The translations under genes were made by a program, and so were the position numbers. From Candidatus Nomurabacteria bacterium (GTDB taxonomy: Bacteria > Patescibacteriota > Minisyncoccia > Phycocordibacterales > UBA9973), in NCBI GenBank assembly GCA_052035195.1, contig JBPOHU010000006.1:1-46430 (forward strand): a stretch of 46,430 nt of DNA, read 5' to 3'. The notes below the pieces were generated by a model. That model searched no databases and was not told where the DNA came from. It saw only the letters and a program-made list of their open reading frames with translations. Of this stretch, positions 28,181 through 36,463 are shown one piece after another; position 1 is the stretch's first letter; each line of letters opens with the position of its first letter.

Positions 28181-29500
28181 TTATTTTAGAGTTCCAATCT
28201 TAAATCCAGCTAGTTCAGATACTGGTCTAGATTGACCTCCATGTTGACCACTGAAAGCACCACTAGCATCTACTCCACACATACCCTTGATAGAACTAGA
28301 TCCACCTGGGTGAGCTGATATCCATGATGTTACATTGTAAACATTACCAGAAACAACTGTCCAACAATTAGCACTAGTATTGTGAGTAGCAACCTCAGCA
28401 AGAGTGTAAGATCCTAATGTTGTACTAGGAGGTGGTGTAACTACAACTGGAGGATTTCTCTTTGGACTATCATCGTCATCATCCTCGTCTTCGTCGTCAT
28501 CACGATCTTTTGAATCATCGTCGTCACGAGACTCGTATTTATCATCGTCATCATCATCCTTGTTGTTATATTCTGATTTTCCAGAATTATCATCAGTTTT
28601 GATTTTGATTTCTCCTTCTTTTACTTCAACACGAATCTTGCCATCAACAGTACGAATATCTATACGTGATTCATCATCGTCATTTTTTACACTTACGCCA
28701 ACAGTACTATCTGCCGGAAGAGTTCCTAAATATCTATTTAGTTCATCAGTTATAGCTTTTAGTCTGATACTAGAGTTTGCGTCCGCAGAAGCTGAAACAC
28801 TATTTAGTAGAGCTATAGCAGCATTTACTCCTACTGTTACTCGAGTCTTATCTTTTGAAGAAAGATCTCCTGAAGTAGTCTTATCTTCTGCTCTACTTGC
28901 TCTATCTTCTATTTGAAAATCAAGCTTAGACTCAACAAAAGTCTTTGTTAGACCTGGGAAGTTCTTTACTATATCTTCTACAACCAAAACTTTTGTCTTA
29001 GCATTATTTGTAAAAACAAACTTTTTATTTGTTCCATACTCTATCTTTACAACAGTTTCATTAGTGAAAACATCAGCTTCAATTCGAGAAACTACCGCTT
29101 CAGATATATCTGCAGAAGCAGGTCTTGTCATAGAAGGGCTAACTGTTGTAATCTTCTCTACTTCTTTTACTCGCTCATCAGCAAAAGCGATACGAAGGTC
29201 GTTTTTCTTTTGCTCATTTGCCAAACTAAGTCTCAAATTTTCAACAGCTCTATCAATAGTAAATAGAGGGTCTCCCGGAAGAGAGTTGTCAGCTAATGCT
29301 ACAGTACCGCCAAGGGCAACAGCAATAACCAAAGCTGTAAGTATAGGTTTTAACATATATTGTTTATTTTTATTAAATGATAATTGTTTTTTATTTGCTT
29401 CTGAAACAGATAACCAGACACGATTTTGCTCCTCACTCGAAAGATTTCGAAATGAAGTTTCAGAAATTATTTTTTCTATGTCGTGGTTATTGTTATTCAT
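28181..29500 (-). CDS. Putative anti-sigma factor: single-pass membrane protein with a DUF5667-like region, poly-Asp/Glu linker and C-terminal cytochrome-b5-like heme-binding domain
   Basis: Overlaps the ECF sigma stop by 8 nt. TM helix ILTALVIAVALGGTVAL, then LPGDPLFTIDRAVENLRL. The acidic tract is DDDDDDKYESRDDDDSKDRDDDEDEDDDDD. The C-terminus, YTLAEVATHNTSANCWTVVSGNVYNVTSWISAHPGG, carries the HPGG motif. Confidence 0.6.
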   Translation of the reverse strand: MNNNNHDIEKIISETSFRNLSSEEQNRVWLSVSEANKKQLSFNKNKQYMLKPILTALVIAVALGGTVALADNSLPGDPLFTIDRAVENLRLSLANEQKKNDLRIAFADERVKEVEKITTVSPSMTRPASADISEAVVSRIEADVFTNETVVKIEYGTNKKFVFTNNAKTKVLVVEDIVKNFPGLTKTFVESKLDFQIEDRASRAEDKTTSGDLSSKDKTRVTVGVNAAIALLNSVSASADANSSIRLKAITDELNRYLGTLPADSTVGVSVKNDDDESRIDIRTVDGKIRVEVKEGEIKIKTDDNSGKSEYNNKDDDDDDKYESRDDDDSKDRDDDEDEDDDDDSPKRNPPVVVTPPPSTTLGSYTLAEVATHNTSANCWTVVSGNVYNVTSWISAHPGGSSSIKGMCGVDASGAFSGQHGGQSRPVSELAGFKIGTLK

Positions 29501-30020
29501 AACGTAATATTTTCTTTAATCTTAAAATGGCTCTATGATGACGAACCTTCAGAGTATTTTCATTATCTCCTAGAAGTTCTGAGATTTCTGAAAAAGAATG
29601 CCCTTCTAAATGCTTTAATATCAAGATTTCCTTATCTTTAGATTTAAGAAAATTTAAAGCACTTAGGACATCTTTTTTTGCACTATCTTGATTGTTATTA
29701 ATATCTTCTACATCTTCTAAGGATTCTAGTGATACATCTCTTTTCCAAGATCTAAATATTCTATTTAGTTTTCTTGATGCAATAGTATATAAAAATGCAT
29801 CTAGAGATTTATCACCCTTATAAGAGAAAGAAGATATTCCTTTCCAAAAATCAACGAATGTTTCTTGGAGTACATCAAGGGCGTCTTCTCGATTTTTCGC
29901 CCTGGGTCGAATAAATCGAAAGACCCGAGGAGAAAGCATGCTAAATAGCACTCGAAAGGATTCTTCATCTCCTGCCTGAGCTTTAGAGACTAATGATTGT
30001 AATTCTAAGGTTGTTTCCAT
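29493..30020 (-). CDS. ECF-type RNA polymerase sigma factor (sigma-70 family)
   Basis: Region 2 (DALDVLQETFVDFWKG) and region 4 HTH (SFSEISELLGDNENTLKVRHHRAILRLKK). Confidence 0.85.
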   Translation of the reverse strand: METTLELQSLVSKAQAGDEESFRVLFSMLSPRVFRFIRPRAKNREDALDVLQETFVDFWKGISSFSYKGDKSLDAFLYTIASRKLNRIFRSWKRDVSLESLEDVEDINNNQDSAKKDVLSALNFLKSKDKEILILKHLEGHSFSEISELLGDNENTLKVRHHRAILRLKKILRYE

Positions 30021-30073
30021 ACAGCCTCTATACTTATAATGCCATTATATAGCCAAAAGGTTACAGTTTTATA

Positions 30074-30475
30074 TTATTCAGTAGTAACCCCGTCAAATTC
30101 TGCTTCATTTGCCATAGCCTCTTCTTTGGTAGCTCTTACAATACCGTCTTTGTGGTGAGCTGGACTATATATGGTATAGAGCTTCAAATCCTCTATTTCT
30201 GAGGTATTTATAACATTATGCTCGGCTCCAGAAGGCACTACAATAGCTGTACCATCCTTTACCTCATATTCTGTGCCATTTATAACCACCCTGCCCTCTC
30301 CTGCCTCAAAACGGAAAAATTGATCATTTCCCTCATGTATTTCTAATCCTATGTCTTGCCCTGGTTTAAGACTCATAAGCACAAGTTGACTATGCTCTCC
30401 GGTGTAAAGAACCTTTCTAAAATTAACATTTTCTCTTGTATCTTCTTCTATATTTCCTTTGTATCCTTTTTTCAT
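30074..30475 (-). CDS. Cupin-domain protein
   Basis: Two-motif cupin pattern: GQDIGLEIHEGNDQFFRFEAGEG and GTAIVVPSGAEHNVIN. Confidence 0.75.
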   Translation of the reverse strand: MKKGYKGNIEEDTRENVNFRKVLYTGEHSQLVLMSLKPGQDIGLEIHEGNDQFFRFEAGEGRVVINGTEYEVKDGTAIVVPSGAEHNVINTSEIEDLKLYTIYSPAHHKDGIVRATKEEAMANEAEFDGVTTE

Positions 30476-30483
30476 ATATTTAT

Positions 30484-31473
30484 TTAATTATTTTTTAAAA
30501 CGTTTTGTGACTTATTAAAGTGAAAGAACTTTGTTCTACCGTGCCCATAAAATATAAACAGTACCGCTGCTACATAAACCACCAAATCCTCAACTTCCCA
30601 TTCTCCAAACTGAACTAGCATAGTAGTAACAGATATACCGAAGAATATCGCGATAAGAACCGTAGTGATTCTAGTAATGTATCCTAAGATAAATAGGATA
30701 CCGAAAATCATCTCTGCAAAGCCTGTACTTAAAACAAATAACTTATCTGTAAACCAAGGGAAAATACTTTGCATAAAGTTCCAGTGATGAACTTCCAAGA
30801 AACTCAAACCGAGCTCTGGGTACAATAGCTTCTCAGTGAAAGCGAGTACTATTAGAGAAATACCGGTACCTATTCTGACAATCTCAACAGCATGCTTGTT
30901 GAGACGAAATACTCTTGAACTTTCTTTTGAATTAACGATAAAGAAATAAGTAGCCAAAGAAAATAGTAAAGCATTTTCTAAGAAAGCTACAACACCAACC
31001 ATGGGTATCAAACTCAAACATAGAAGTCCAAGCCCCATTGAAGCAATCCTTGTTCGGAAATTAAAGACAAACATCAAACCAAGAGCTATTTGTATATAGC
31101 CAACTACACTAGTTAAACCGTTCTCAATAGGAAACTCTGGTATCAAGATAACTTTCCAAAGTACACTAACTAATACCAGGAATAATCCTAGTATTACTTG
31201 AGCAATACGATTTATCCCTTTTTGATGTCTAAGCCCAAAAGAAAGTAATCCTTTTGGTGTCTTCAATGCTCTATCAATACGACTAAAAACGAAAACGACA
31301 GCCAAAACAATCAAAGACCAGATTATCACTTCTTTATTACCCCATGAATAAAAAGGGCTGAGCCCATGACTGTTTTCAATAATCTTTTCGCTATCTACAA
31401 ACCATTTGACGTGTGCAGAAGCAACAGAAGGAATTGCTAAAAATAACCCTAAAATATAATAAAACTTTTTCAT
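30484..31473 (-). CDS. Polytopic membrane protein (DoxX-like?) with a signal peptide
   Basis: MKKFYYILGLFLAIPSVASA, then about 8 hydrophobic helices. The family assignment is tentative. Confidence 0.5.
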   Translation of the reverse strand: MKKFYYILGLFLAIPSVASAHVKWFVDSEKIIENSHGLSPFYSWGNKEVIIWSLIVLAVVFVFSRIDRALKTPKGLLSFGLRHQKGINRIAQVILGLFLVLVSVLWKVILIPEFPIENGLTSVVGYIQIALGLMFVFNFRTRIASMGLGLLCLSLIPMVGVVAFLENALLFSLATYFFIVNSKESSRVFRLNKHAVEIVRIGTGISLIVLAFTEKLLYPELGLSFLEVHHWNFMQSIFPWFTDKLFVLSTGFAEMIFGILFILGYITRITTVLIAIFFGISVTTMLVQFGEWEVEDLVVYVAAVLFIFYGHGRTKFFHFNKSQNVLKNN

Positions 31474-31504
31474 GTATTTATTATACTCCTCATTTAGGCC
31501 GAAT

Positions 31505-31888
31505 CTAAATATTTGATATACCTCCTTCTAGCTCAGAAATATTCTTTATACCTTGCTTCTTCATGAGAGAAACTGCCTGAGCTGAGCGATTGCCACTTCG
31601 ACAATAAACAAAGTATTGTCCATCCTTGTCTAACTTTTGTATTTCAGAAATAAAACTAGGGTCTTGAAAATCAATATTTACAGCATTTTCAATGTGACCA
31701 GAGTCAAACTCTTCTTGAGTTCTTACGTCAATTAACATAGCATTTGGCATTTGATCAAATTTTGTTTGAAATTCAGAATATGGAAGAAGAGAATAATTCA
31801 TGTTTTTATCTTTGTTTGTTACTGTATAAAAAATACCAAATACTACTGCCAATACCACAATACCTATTTGTATAAATTGTTTATGCAT
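31505..31888 (-). CDS. Rhodanese-domain sulfurtransferase, membrane-anchored
   Basis: N-terminal TM helix and the active-site loop YCRSGNRS (CRxGxR[ST]). Confidence 0.85.
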   Translation of the reverse strand: MHKQFIQIGIVVLAVVFGIFYTVTNKDKNMNYSLLPYSEFQTKFDQMPNAMLIDVRTQEEFDSGHIENAVNIDFQDPSFISEIQKLDKDGQYFVYCRSGNRSAQAVSLMKKQGIKNISELEGGISNI

Positions 31889-31890
31889 TT

Positions 31891-32130
31891 TTATTGTTTT
31901 AATAAGCTATTAAATACTTCTGGCTGAAACCCAACTACAACCTGTCCTCCGATATCTATCACTGGTACACCCATTTGACCGCTTTTTTGTATCATTTCCA
32001 TAGCGCGAGCGCGATCCTGACTCACATCCACATCTTCAAATGGTATATCGTTCGTCTTGAAAAAATTCTTAGCAAAAACACAATACGGACATGTAGGAGT
32101 AGAATAAACTATTACTTTTTTTGTTGTCAT
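31891..32130 (-). CDS. Glutaredoxin-like protein (NrdH/YruB type)
   Basis: 79 aa with the CPYC active site and GVPVIDIGGQVVVGF. Confidence 0.85.
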   Translation of the reverse strand: MTTKKVIVYSTPTCPYCVFAKNFFKTNDIPFEDVDVSQDRARAMEMIQKSGQMGVPVIDIGGQVVVGFQPEVFNSLLKQ

Positions 32131-32156
32131 ATATTCTTGCCCCGTTATGGCGGGGT

Positions 32157-32411
32157 TTATTTAAAATCTAATAAGGTCTTAACAAGACTAGAGACTCTTT
32201 CAGTCTTCACTTGATAAACTACATTTTTCCCTTTTTTCTGGGTATCAACAAGCTCCGCATCTCTCAAAACTTTGAGGTGTTGAGAAAGCGCGCTTTGAGC
32301 CAAAGAACAACGACTAAGTAACTCAGTCACAGACTGTGGCTTTGATAAGCACCTAAGTAGTAAGAGTCGCTCTTCACTACCTAACGCTTTATATACATAA
32401 CCTTTGTTCAT
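32157..32411 (-). CDS. ArsR/SmtB-family transcriptional regulator (YgaV/BigR-like)
   Basis: Winged HTH: VTELLSRCSLAQSALSQHLKVLRDAELV. Contains two Cys residues. Confidence 0.85.
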   Translation of the reverse strand: MNKGYVYKALGSEERLLLLRCLSKPQSVTELLSRCSLAQSALSQHLKVLRDAELVDTQKKGKNVVYQVKTERVSSLVKTLLDFK

Positions 32412-32412
32412 A

Positions 32413-32446
32413 AATACATATTAGCAAATTCTAATATGTATTGCAA
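32413..32446 (-). promoter_or_regulatory. Promoter TTGCAA-17-TAATAT with an embedded perfect 12-6-12 palindrome (likely ArsR operator); leaderless start
   Basis: AATACATATTAG (32413-32424) and CTAATATGTATT (32431-32442) are exact reverse complements. The -10 is at 32418-32423 and the -35 at 32441-32446. Only 6 nt separate the -10 from the ATG at 32411. Confidence 0.55.
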
Positions 32447-32455
32447 GCTATAATT

Positions 32456-32809
32456 TTAAGAATTTTTTATTTCAGAGAGTCGAAACTTGATCATCTTTGT
32501 CATAAGAGCAACAGGGAGCTTTTGGTCAAAAGGTATTTGTACTGCCCCTTTTGAAGTCTTGTAAGAATCTAGTTCTTTTTCAAAGTGTTTTATAGGGCTT
32601 GGTGTTGGATAAAATCCCAAGTGTGACTTTTGAGCAGAAAAATAAACCAATGGCTTGCCTAGATATTTATAAGCCGGCATACCGTAACTAATACCCTCTT
32701 GGGCTTTTGGTGCTAACTTTCTAACCATTTCTCTTATCTTTTGCAAAGACAAAATTACGTCTTTAGACTGGCTTTTTATATAACTATCTACATCTTTGTA
32801 ACTTTTCAT
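32456..32809 (-). CDS. DUF1801 (YdhG-like) domain protein
   Basis: The pattern VDSYI...ISYGMPAYKYLGKPLVYFSAQKSHLGFYP is typical of the YdhG/DUF1801 family. Confidence 0.6.
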   Translation of the reverse strand: MKSYKDVDSYIKSQSKDVILSLQKIREMVRKLAPKAQEGISYGMPAYKYLGKPLVYFSAQKSHLGFYPTPSPIKHFEKELDSYKTSKGAVQIPFDQKLPVALMTKMIKFRLSEIKNS

Positions 32810-32814
32810 AAAAA

Positions 32815-33252
32815 CTATTTTATATCACTTATTTCCCAAACTTCTTGTGGGGTAACTGACAAATCAGAGTATTTGATCCATACAGGCTCAACAATAAAAT
32901 ATTCATTCAAAGGATTGTTTTTATACGCTTCATAAGCCCTGTTCTTATGGAAATGCCTATCCTCTACCATGCTCACCTCTTCACTAGTTAAAAGCCTAGC
33001 GAGACCTTCTATTTGTAATGTCCTCCACTCTTTATTATCAGAGAGTATTACCAAGGAAACTTTGGGATTAATTTTAATATTTTGATTTTTGCGAGAATCA
33101 CTAAGAGAGCGAAAAATAATACCTCCCTCATCTGTCTCTGAAAATCCAACAATGGCTGACTCTGGGTAACCAGAACTAGAGTTTGTAGCAAGAACAGCGA
33201 ACTTATTATCTTTTAGAAAGTTTGTTATTTTTTCTTTTTGTTCTTCATTCAT
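32815..33252 (-). CDS. Pyridoxamine 5'-phosphate oxidase-like FMN-binding split-barrel protein
   Basis: The FAVLATNSSSGYPESAIVGF...VSLVI pattern and the size fit the PNPOx-like family. Confidence 0.6.
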   Translation of the reverse strand: MNEEQKEKITNFLKDNKFAVLATNSSSGYPESAIVGFSETDEGGIIFRSLSDSRKNQNIKINPKVSLVILSDNKEWRTLQIEGLARLLTSEEVSMVEDRHFHKNRAYEAYKNNPLNEYFIVEPVWIKYSDLSVTPQEVWEISDIK

Positions 33253-33271
33253 ATATTTAAAATTATAATAT

Positions 33272-33298
33272 AAAACCGATTCTTGGGAATCGGTTTTA
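33272..33298 (-). terminator. Intrinsic terminator after the DUF2892 gene
   Basis: aaaaccgattc-ttggg-gaatcggtttt. Confidence 0.65.
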
Positions 33299-33303
33299 TA
33301 TTT

Positions 33304-33552
33304 TTATTGCATTGTTGGACCTTGTGTTTGGTTTTGTACTGGTTGTTCTATTTTTACTGGGCAAGTATTGATACCAAATATTTTGTATAGACCACAAACA
33401 CCAGTAAGGCTTGTAATAACAAGTACTACAGCCAATACGAGAGCAACAACACCTACTGTGCCAGAGAGTACTCCAAGAGCGTAAAGTGCAACTAAAATAA
33501 TAGCTATAATGATGCGCACGATTTTATCTTTTGAACCAATGTTTTTTGTCAT
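33304..33552 (-). CDS. DUF2892 (YgaP C-terminal-like) small membrane protein
   Basis: NIGSKDKIVRIIIAIILV...LTGVCGLYKIFGINTC is the characteristic two-helix DUF2892 pattern. Confidence 0.7.
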   Translation of the reverse strand: MTKNIGSKDKIVRIIIAIILVALYALGVLSGTVGVVALVLAVVLVITSLTGVCGLYKIFGINTCPVKIEQPVQNQTQGPTMQ

Positions 33553-33706
33553 TTATGTTAAAACTAATTTTTTAATACTTTAATTATAGCAGTTTTTAAG
33601 ACTATTAGGCTCAAAGAAAGTACTATTGATTTATATGGTATTTCGTTGTATTGTATGACAGTACAGTAATGTACACATTAATCAAAACCATAAATCAAAA
33701 CAATAT

Positions 33707-34228
33707 ATGAATCAATTTATTTTAATAATCAACGGTCCTATTATGGGAGGTAAGACTTACACAACTGAATCAATAATGGGTCAGTACAAAAAGATTTTTC
33801 GCTTATCCCCTAATAAAATAAAGTTCTTAATATCCGACTATACTCCCGACCGAGACAGAAAAGCCGTACATGAATCAATACTCCTTATTGCTGACAAAAT
33901 GCTTGAAAATGGCATGTCATTGCTTCTCGAAGGAGGCTCTGTCATGCAAGGCAGTTTAAATGATGAACTAAAAAAACTCGCTGACAAATATGGTCTCAAA
34001 GTTACTTTTGTAAATATTGAAGCCCCCCTTCCTGTACTTTTGAAAAGATTTGACCAAAGACTTTTAAACGCTGTAACCAGAGGCTCTAAACTCTCTGTCA
34101 CAGATGAAAAAGGCTTTATGGACAGATACAATGCATATCTAGAAATACGAGATCAAGCGGTAAAAACTTTTGACTCAAGCACTAAAGGTCCCGGAGAAAT
34201 TGCAAAAGAAATAATGGCTTTAGTTTAA
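33707..34228 (+). CDS. P-loop NTPase/kinase-like protein (AAA_33 / zeta-toxin-like fold)
   Basis: Walker A INGPIMGGKT at the N-terminus; size is about 170 aa. The specific family is uncertain. Confidence 0.55.
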   Translation: MNQFILIINGPIMGGKTYTTESIMGQYKKIFRLSPNKIKFLISDYTPDRDRKAVHESILLIADKMLENGMSLLLEGGSVMQGSLNDELKKLADKYGLKVTFVNIEAPLPVLLKRFDQRLLNAVTRGSKLSVTDEKGFMDRYNAYLEIRDQAVKTFDSSTKGPGEIAKEIMALV

Positions 34229-34235
34229 AAAATTT

Positions 34236-34272
34236 AAAAAAGACCTTGTTTATATAACAAGGTCTTTTTATT
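34236..34272 (+). terminator. Intrinsic terminator after the P-loop gene
   Basis: agaccttgtt-tatata-aacaaggtct followed by a T-run. Confidence 0.65.
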
Positions 34273-34315
34273 TGACAAAAAGATGAGAACTTGTAATATC
34301 AAGGAAAATTGTATT

Positions 34316-34540
34316 ATGAAAATAACATACCTTGCCTACATTCTCACCGAGCCTTCTGCTCAAAGTGAGAGCTCAATCCTCCCTAACGTTGAAACGAGAG
34401 AGTTCAAAACATCACCACGCCAAAGCAAATACGAAATGGACACTTTCATCAACAAAGTAAAAGAGGGTTTGAAAAAAGAGGATAAAACCAAATATAAACG
34501 CTGTCAGATTATTATGACCCCGCTTTCTGGTATAAATTAA
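34316..34540 (+). CDS. Hypothetical small protein (74 aa from MKITYLAY)
   Basis: ORF bounded by two terminators; no domain recognised. The track start at 34283 would overlap the preceding terminator region. Confidence 0.3.
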   Translation: MKITYLAYILTEPSAQSESSILPNVETREFKTSPRQSKYEMDTFINKVKEGLKKEDKTKYKRCQIIMTPLSGIN

Positions 34541-34593
34541 AAATTTGTAATGTTCTGACCCTTACCAAACCCATGGTGAGGGTTTTTTATTTT

Positions 34594-35328
34594 CTATTCT
34601 ATTTCTATAAAAAGTGGTGAGTGGTCTGAAACTTCGTCTGGTAGCACCTTGAAATCCTTAACCACAACACCTTTTGAAACAAGTACATAATCAGCAAATT
34701 TTGTTTCTTTTGTATAATAACTTGTTCTAGTAGAAGTAATGTTGAATTCACTAATTAGATTTCTAAAATCTAGTTCTTTTTCTACTATTTTCAAACTTTC
34801 TGTCTCAGGTAAGAGATTAAAATCTCCGCAAAGAATGACTTCCGTATCAAGCTTTTTTATCATCTCCACCATCTTTTTTGACTGATTGATTCGGTCTTCT
34901 GTGTCTGTCTTTCCTTTTCCATTCCACAAACCATGGAAATTGCAGATTGTAAGATTTTGATCACCTAACTTAATCCATTGCAAATTTTTTCCCACTGTTA
35001 AAGGTTCTTTGTCTTTCATCGAATCTTTGTGTAAGTGTACAAAAACCTCTCCCTCAGCTTCTACAAGAATTTCTCTTTTTACAAATATTGCCAAACCCCA
35101 CTCACCTTTGTGCTCAGCAGGTCTAAAATAATCAACATAACCAGGAAGTACTGAACGTATCTGTTCCAAAACATTTCTATTTTGTCGTTCATCCCAGGCT
35201 GTCCACCCTGTTCCATTATGCATGACTTCCTGCAAACAAAAGACATCCACATCTTGATTTCCCTTAAAAAAATCAAGCAGTACATCTCCAACAATACCTC
35301 CCCAAATGTTTAAAGTGATTATTTTCAT
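34594..35328 (-). CDS. Endonuclease/exonuclease/phosphatase (EEP) family protein
   Basis: Motifs LNIWGG, FCLQEV, CGDFN and SDHSPL. Confidence 0.85.
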   Translation of the reverse strand: MKIITLNIWGGIVGDVLLDFFKGNQDVDVFCLQEVMHNGTGWTAWDERQNRNVLEQIRSVLPGYVDYFRPAEHKGEWGLAIFVKREILVEAEGEVFVHLHKDSMKDKEPLTVGKNLQWIKLGDQNLTICNFHGLWNGKGKTDTEDRINQSKKMVEMIKKLDTEVILCGDFNLLPETESLKIVEKELDFRNLISEFNITSTRTSYYTKETKFADYVLVSKGVVVKDFKVLPDEVSDHSPLFIEIE

Positions 35329-35349
35329 GATTAAAACTATACACCAATT

Positions 35350-35416
35350 TTCCTCATCATCAACTCTGGCTTGCCGGCGTTTTGTTCTTGTCCAAAATCA
35401 ATAGAAAGGATTTTTA
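35350..35416. repeat. Direct repeat copy A: non-coding relic of the CYTH gene 3' end
   Basis: By manual alignment, 64 of 67 positions are identical to 36481-36547 (offset 1131 nt). It lies between the deaminase stop and the EEP start. Confidence 0.85.
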
Positions 35417-35438
35417 GGTATTTACTACTGAACCTGAA

Positions 35439-35939
35439 TTATGCCTGATAATAATCTATTCTGTTCTTCTTTTCCTGCCAAGCTTTAAATCCGCTCTGTG
35501 CTTCGTGACTTAAAATTTGTGTGAGAGTGCCTCCTGCTTTCTGTATTATTTCCTGCGCGCTGGTCTGAAGGATAGCCCAATTTTTATCATCAGCAAACCC
35601 TACATTTGCCGCATCCTCAACGCTGTTTCCATAATAGATATCCTTGATGCCTGCATTAAAAAGTGTTTCTACCAAACATCCTGGGCAAGGCTCAGCGCTT
35701 GTATACAAAATACAACCAACCAGGTTTGTCCCATTTATGTTTTTACACGCATTTCGAATTGCTTCAATTTCTCCATGAGCAACAGGGTCGTTGTTAAGAA
35801 CTACTCGATTCTTACCTCGTCCGACAACTTCCCCTGTTTTTACATCAACAATTACTGCACCAAATGGGCCTCCGCCTTCTGCAACACTCTCAACAGATAA
35901 ATCTATTGCTTCTCGCATGTACTCTTCATGATCTTTCAT
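35439..35939 (-). CDS. Guanine deaminase-like CDA-fold zinc deaminase (GuaD/TadA superfamily)
   Basis: GGGPFGAVIV, DPVAHGEIEAIR (H[AG]E) and EPCPGC (PCxxC). The C-terminal GFKAWQEKKN resembles B. subtilis GuaD. Confidence 0.8.
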   Translation of the reverse strand: MKDHEEYMREAIDLSVESVAEGGGPFGAVIVDVKTGEVVGRGKNRVVLNNDPVAHGEIEAIRNACKNINGTNLVGCILYTSAEPCPGCLVETLFNAGIKDIYYGNSVEDAANVGFADDKNWAILQTSAQEIIQKAGGTLTQILSHEAQSGFKAWQEKKNRIDYYQA

Positions 35940-35967
35940 GTTTTCAGTATAGCAAAAAACTTATAAA

Positions 35968-36450
35968 TTATATTTTAGTAATATATTCAGGTACTATTTT
36001 CTTTGCCTTATATTTATCTTTTAATTTTATTGGTAACAAGTTAAATTTACCTATATTTTTTCTACAAATACTACTACCGCAATTGCATTTCATTTTCCAT
36101 GAATCATCACTGGCAATAATGGTTGAATAATCAATAACCACCTCTCTTTCTTTTGGAATATTTTTTATTGCAAATATAAAAAGTTTTTTACCATTCTTTA
36201 AAACCTTTGCATTTGGGTTACATGAATGATTAAGAAAATCACCAATTTTCCCTTTGGGGCTTATGTATAGATTTTCATCATACCTGTACGTGTTTGCTCT
36301 AGTTTCCTCGTCAATATCATCCTCTTTATCACATGTTATTAACTTTCCTTTTACTTCAAAGATAGGTTCATTTTTCGCAAAAGTTCGAGTAGCAAATATC
36401 CCATTACCATTTCTTGCTTTTTTCACTATCAAAAATTCTTCTTTGGTCAT
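35968..36450 (-). CDS. SET-domain protein-lysine methyltransferase
   Basis: NHSCNPNA, EVVIDYS and a Cys-rich post-SET-like segment CNCGSSICRK. Confidence 0.85.
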   Translation of the reverse strand: MTKEEFLIVKKARNGNGIFATRTFAKNEPIFEVKGKLITCDKEDDIDEETRANTYRYDENLYISPKGKIGDFLNHSCNPNAKVLKNGKKLFIFAIKNIPKEREVVIDYSTIIASDDSWKMKCNCGSSICRKNIGKFNLLPIKLKDKYKAKKIVPEYITKI

Positions 36451-36463
36451 TGGTTATTTTTCT

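Noticed and set aside
28440-28560. Dense GAT/GAC/GAA trinucleotide repetition that at first glance looks like a tandem repeat or array.
   Set aside because: It is in frame within the anti-sigma-like ORF and encodes a poly-Asp/Glu linker. There is no spacer-repeat periodicity, so it is not a CRISPR or satellite. It is kept only as a possible slippage-prone tract under finding 7.
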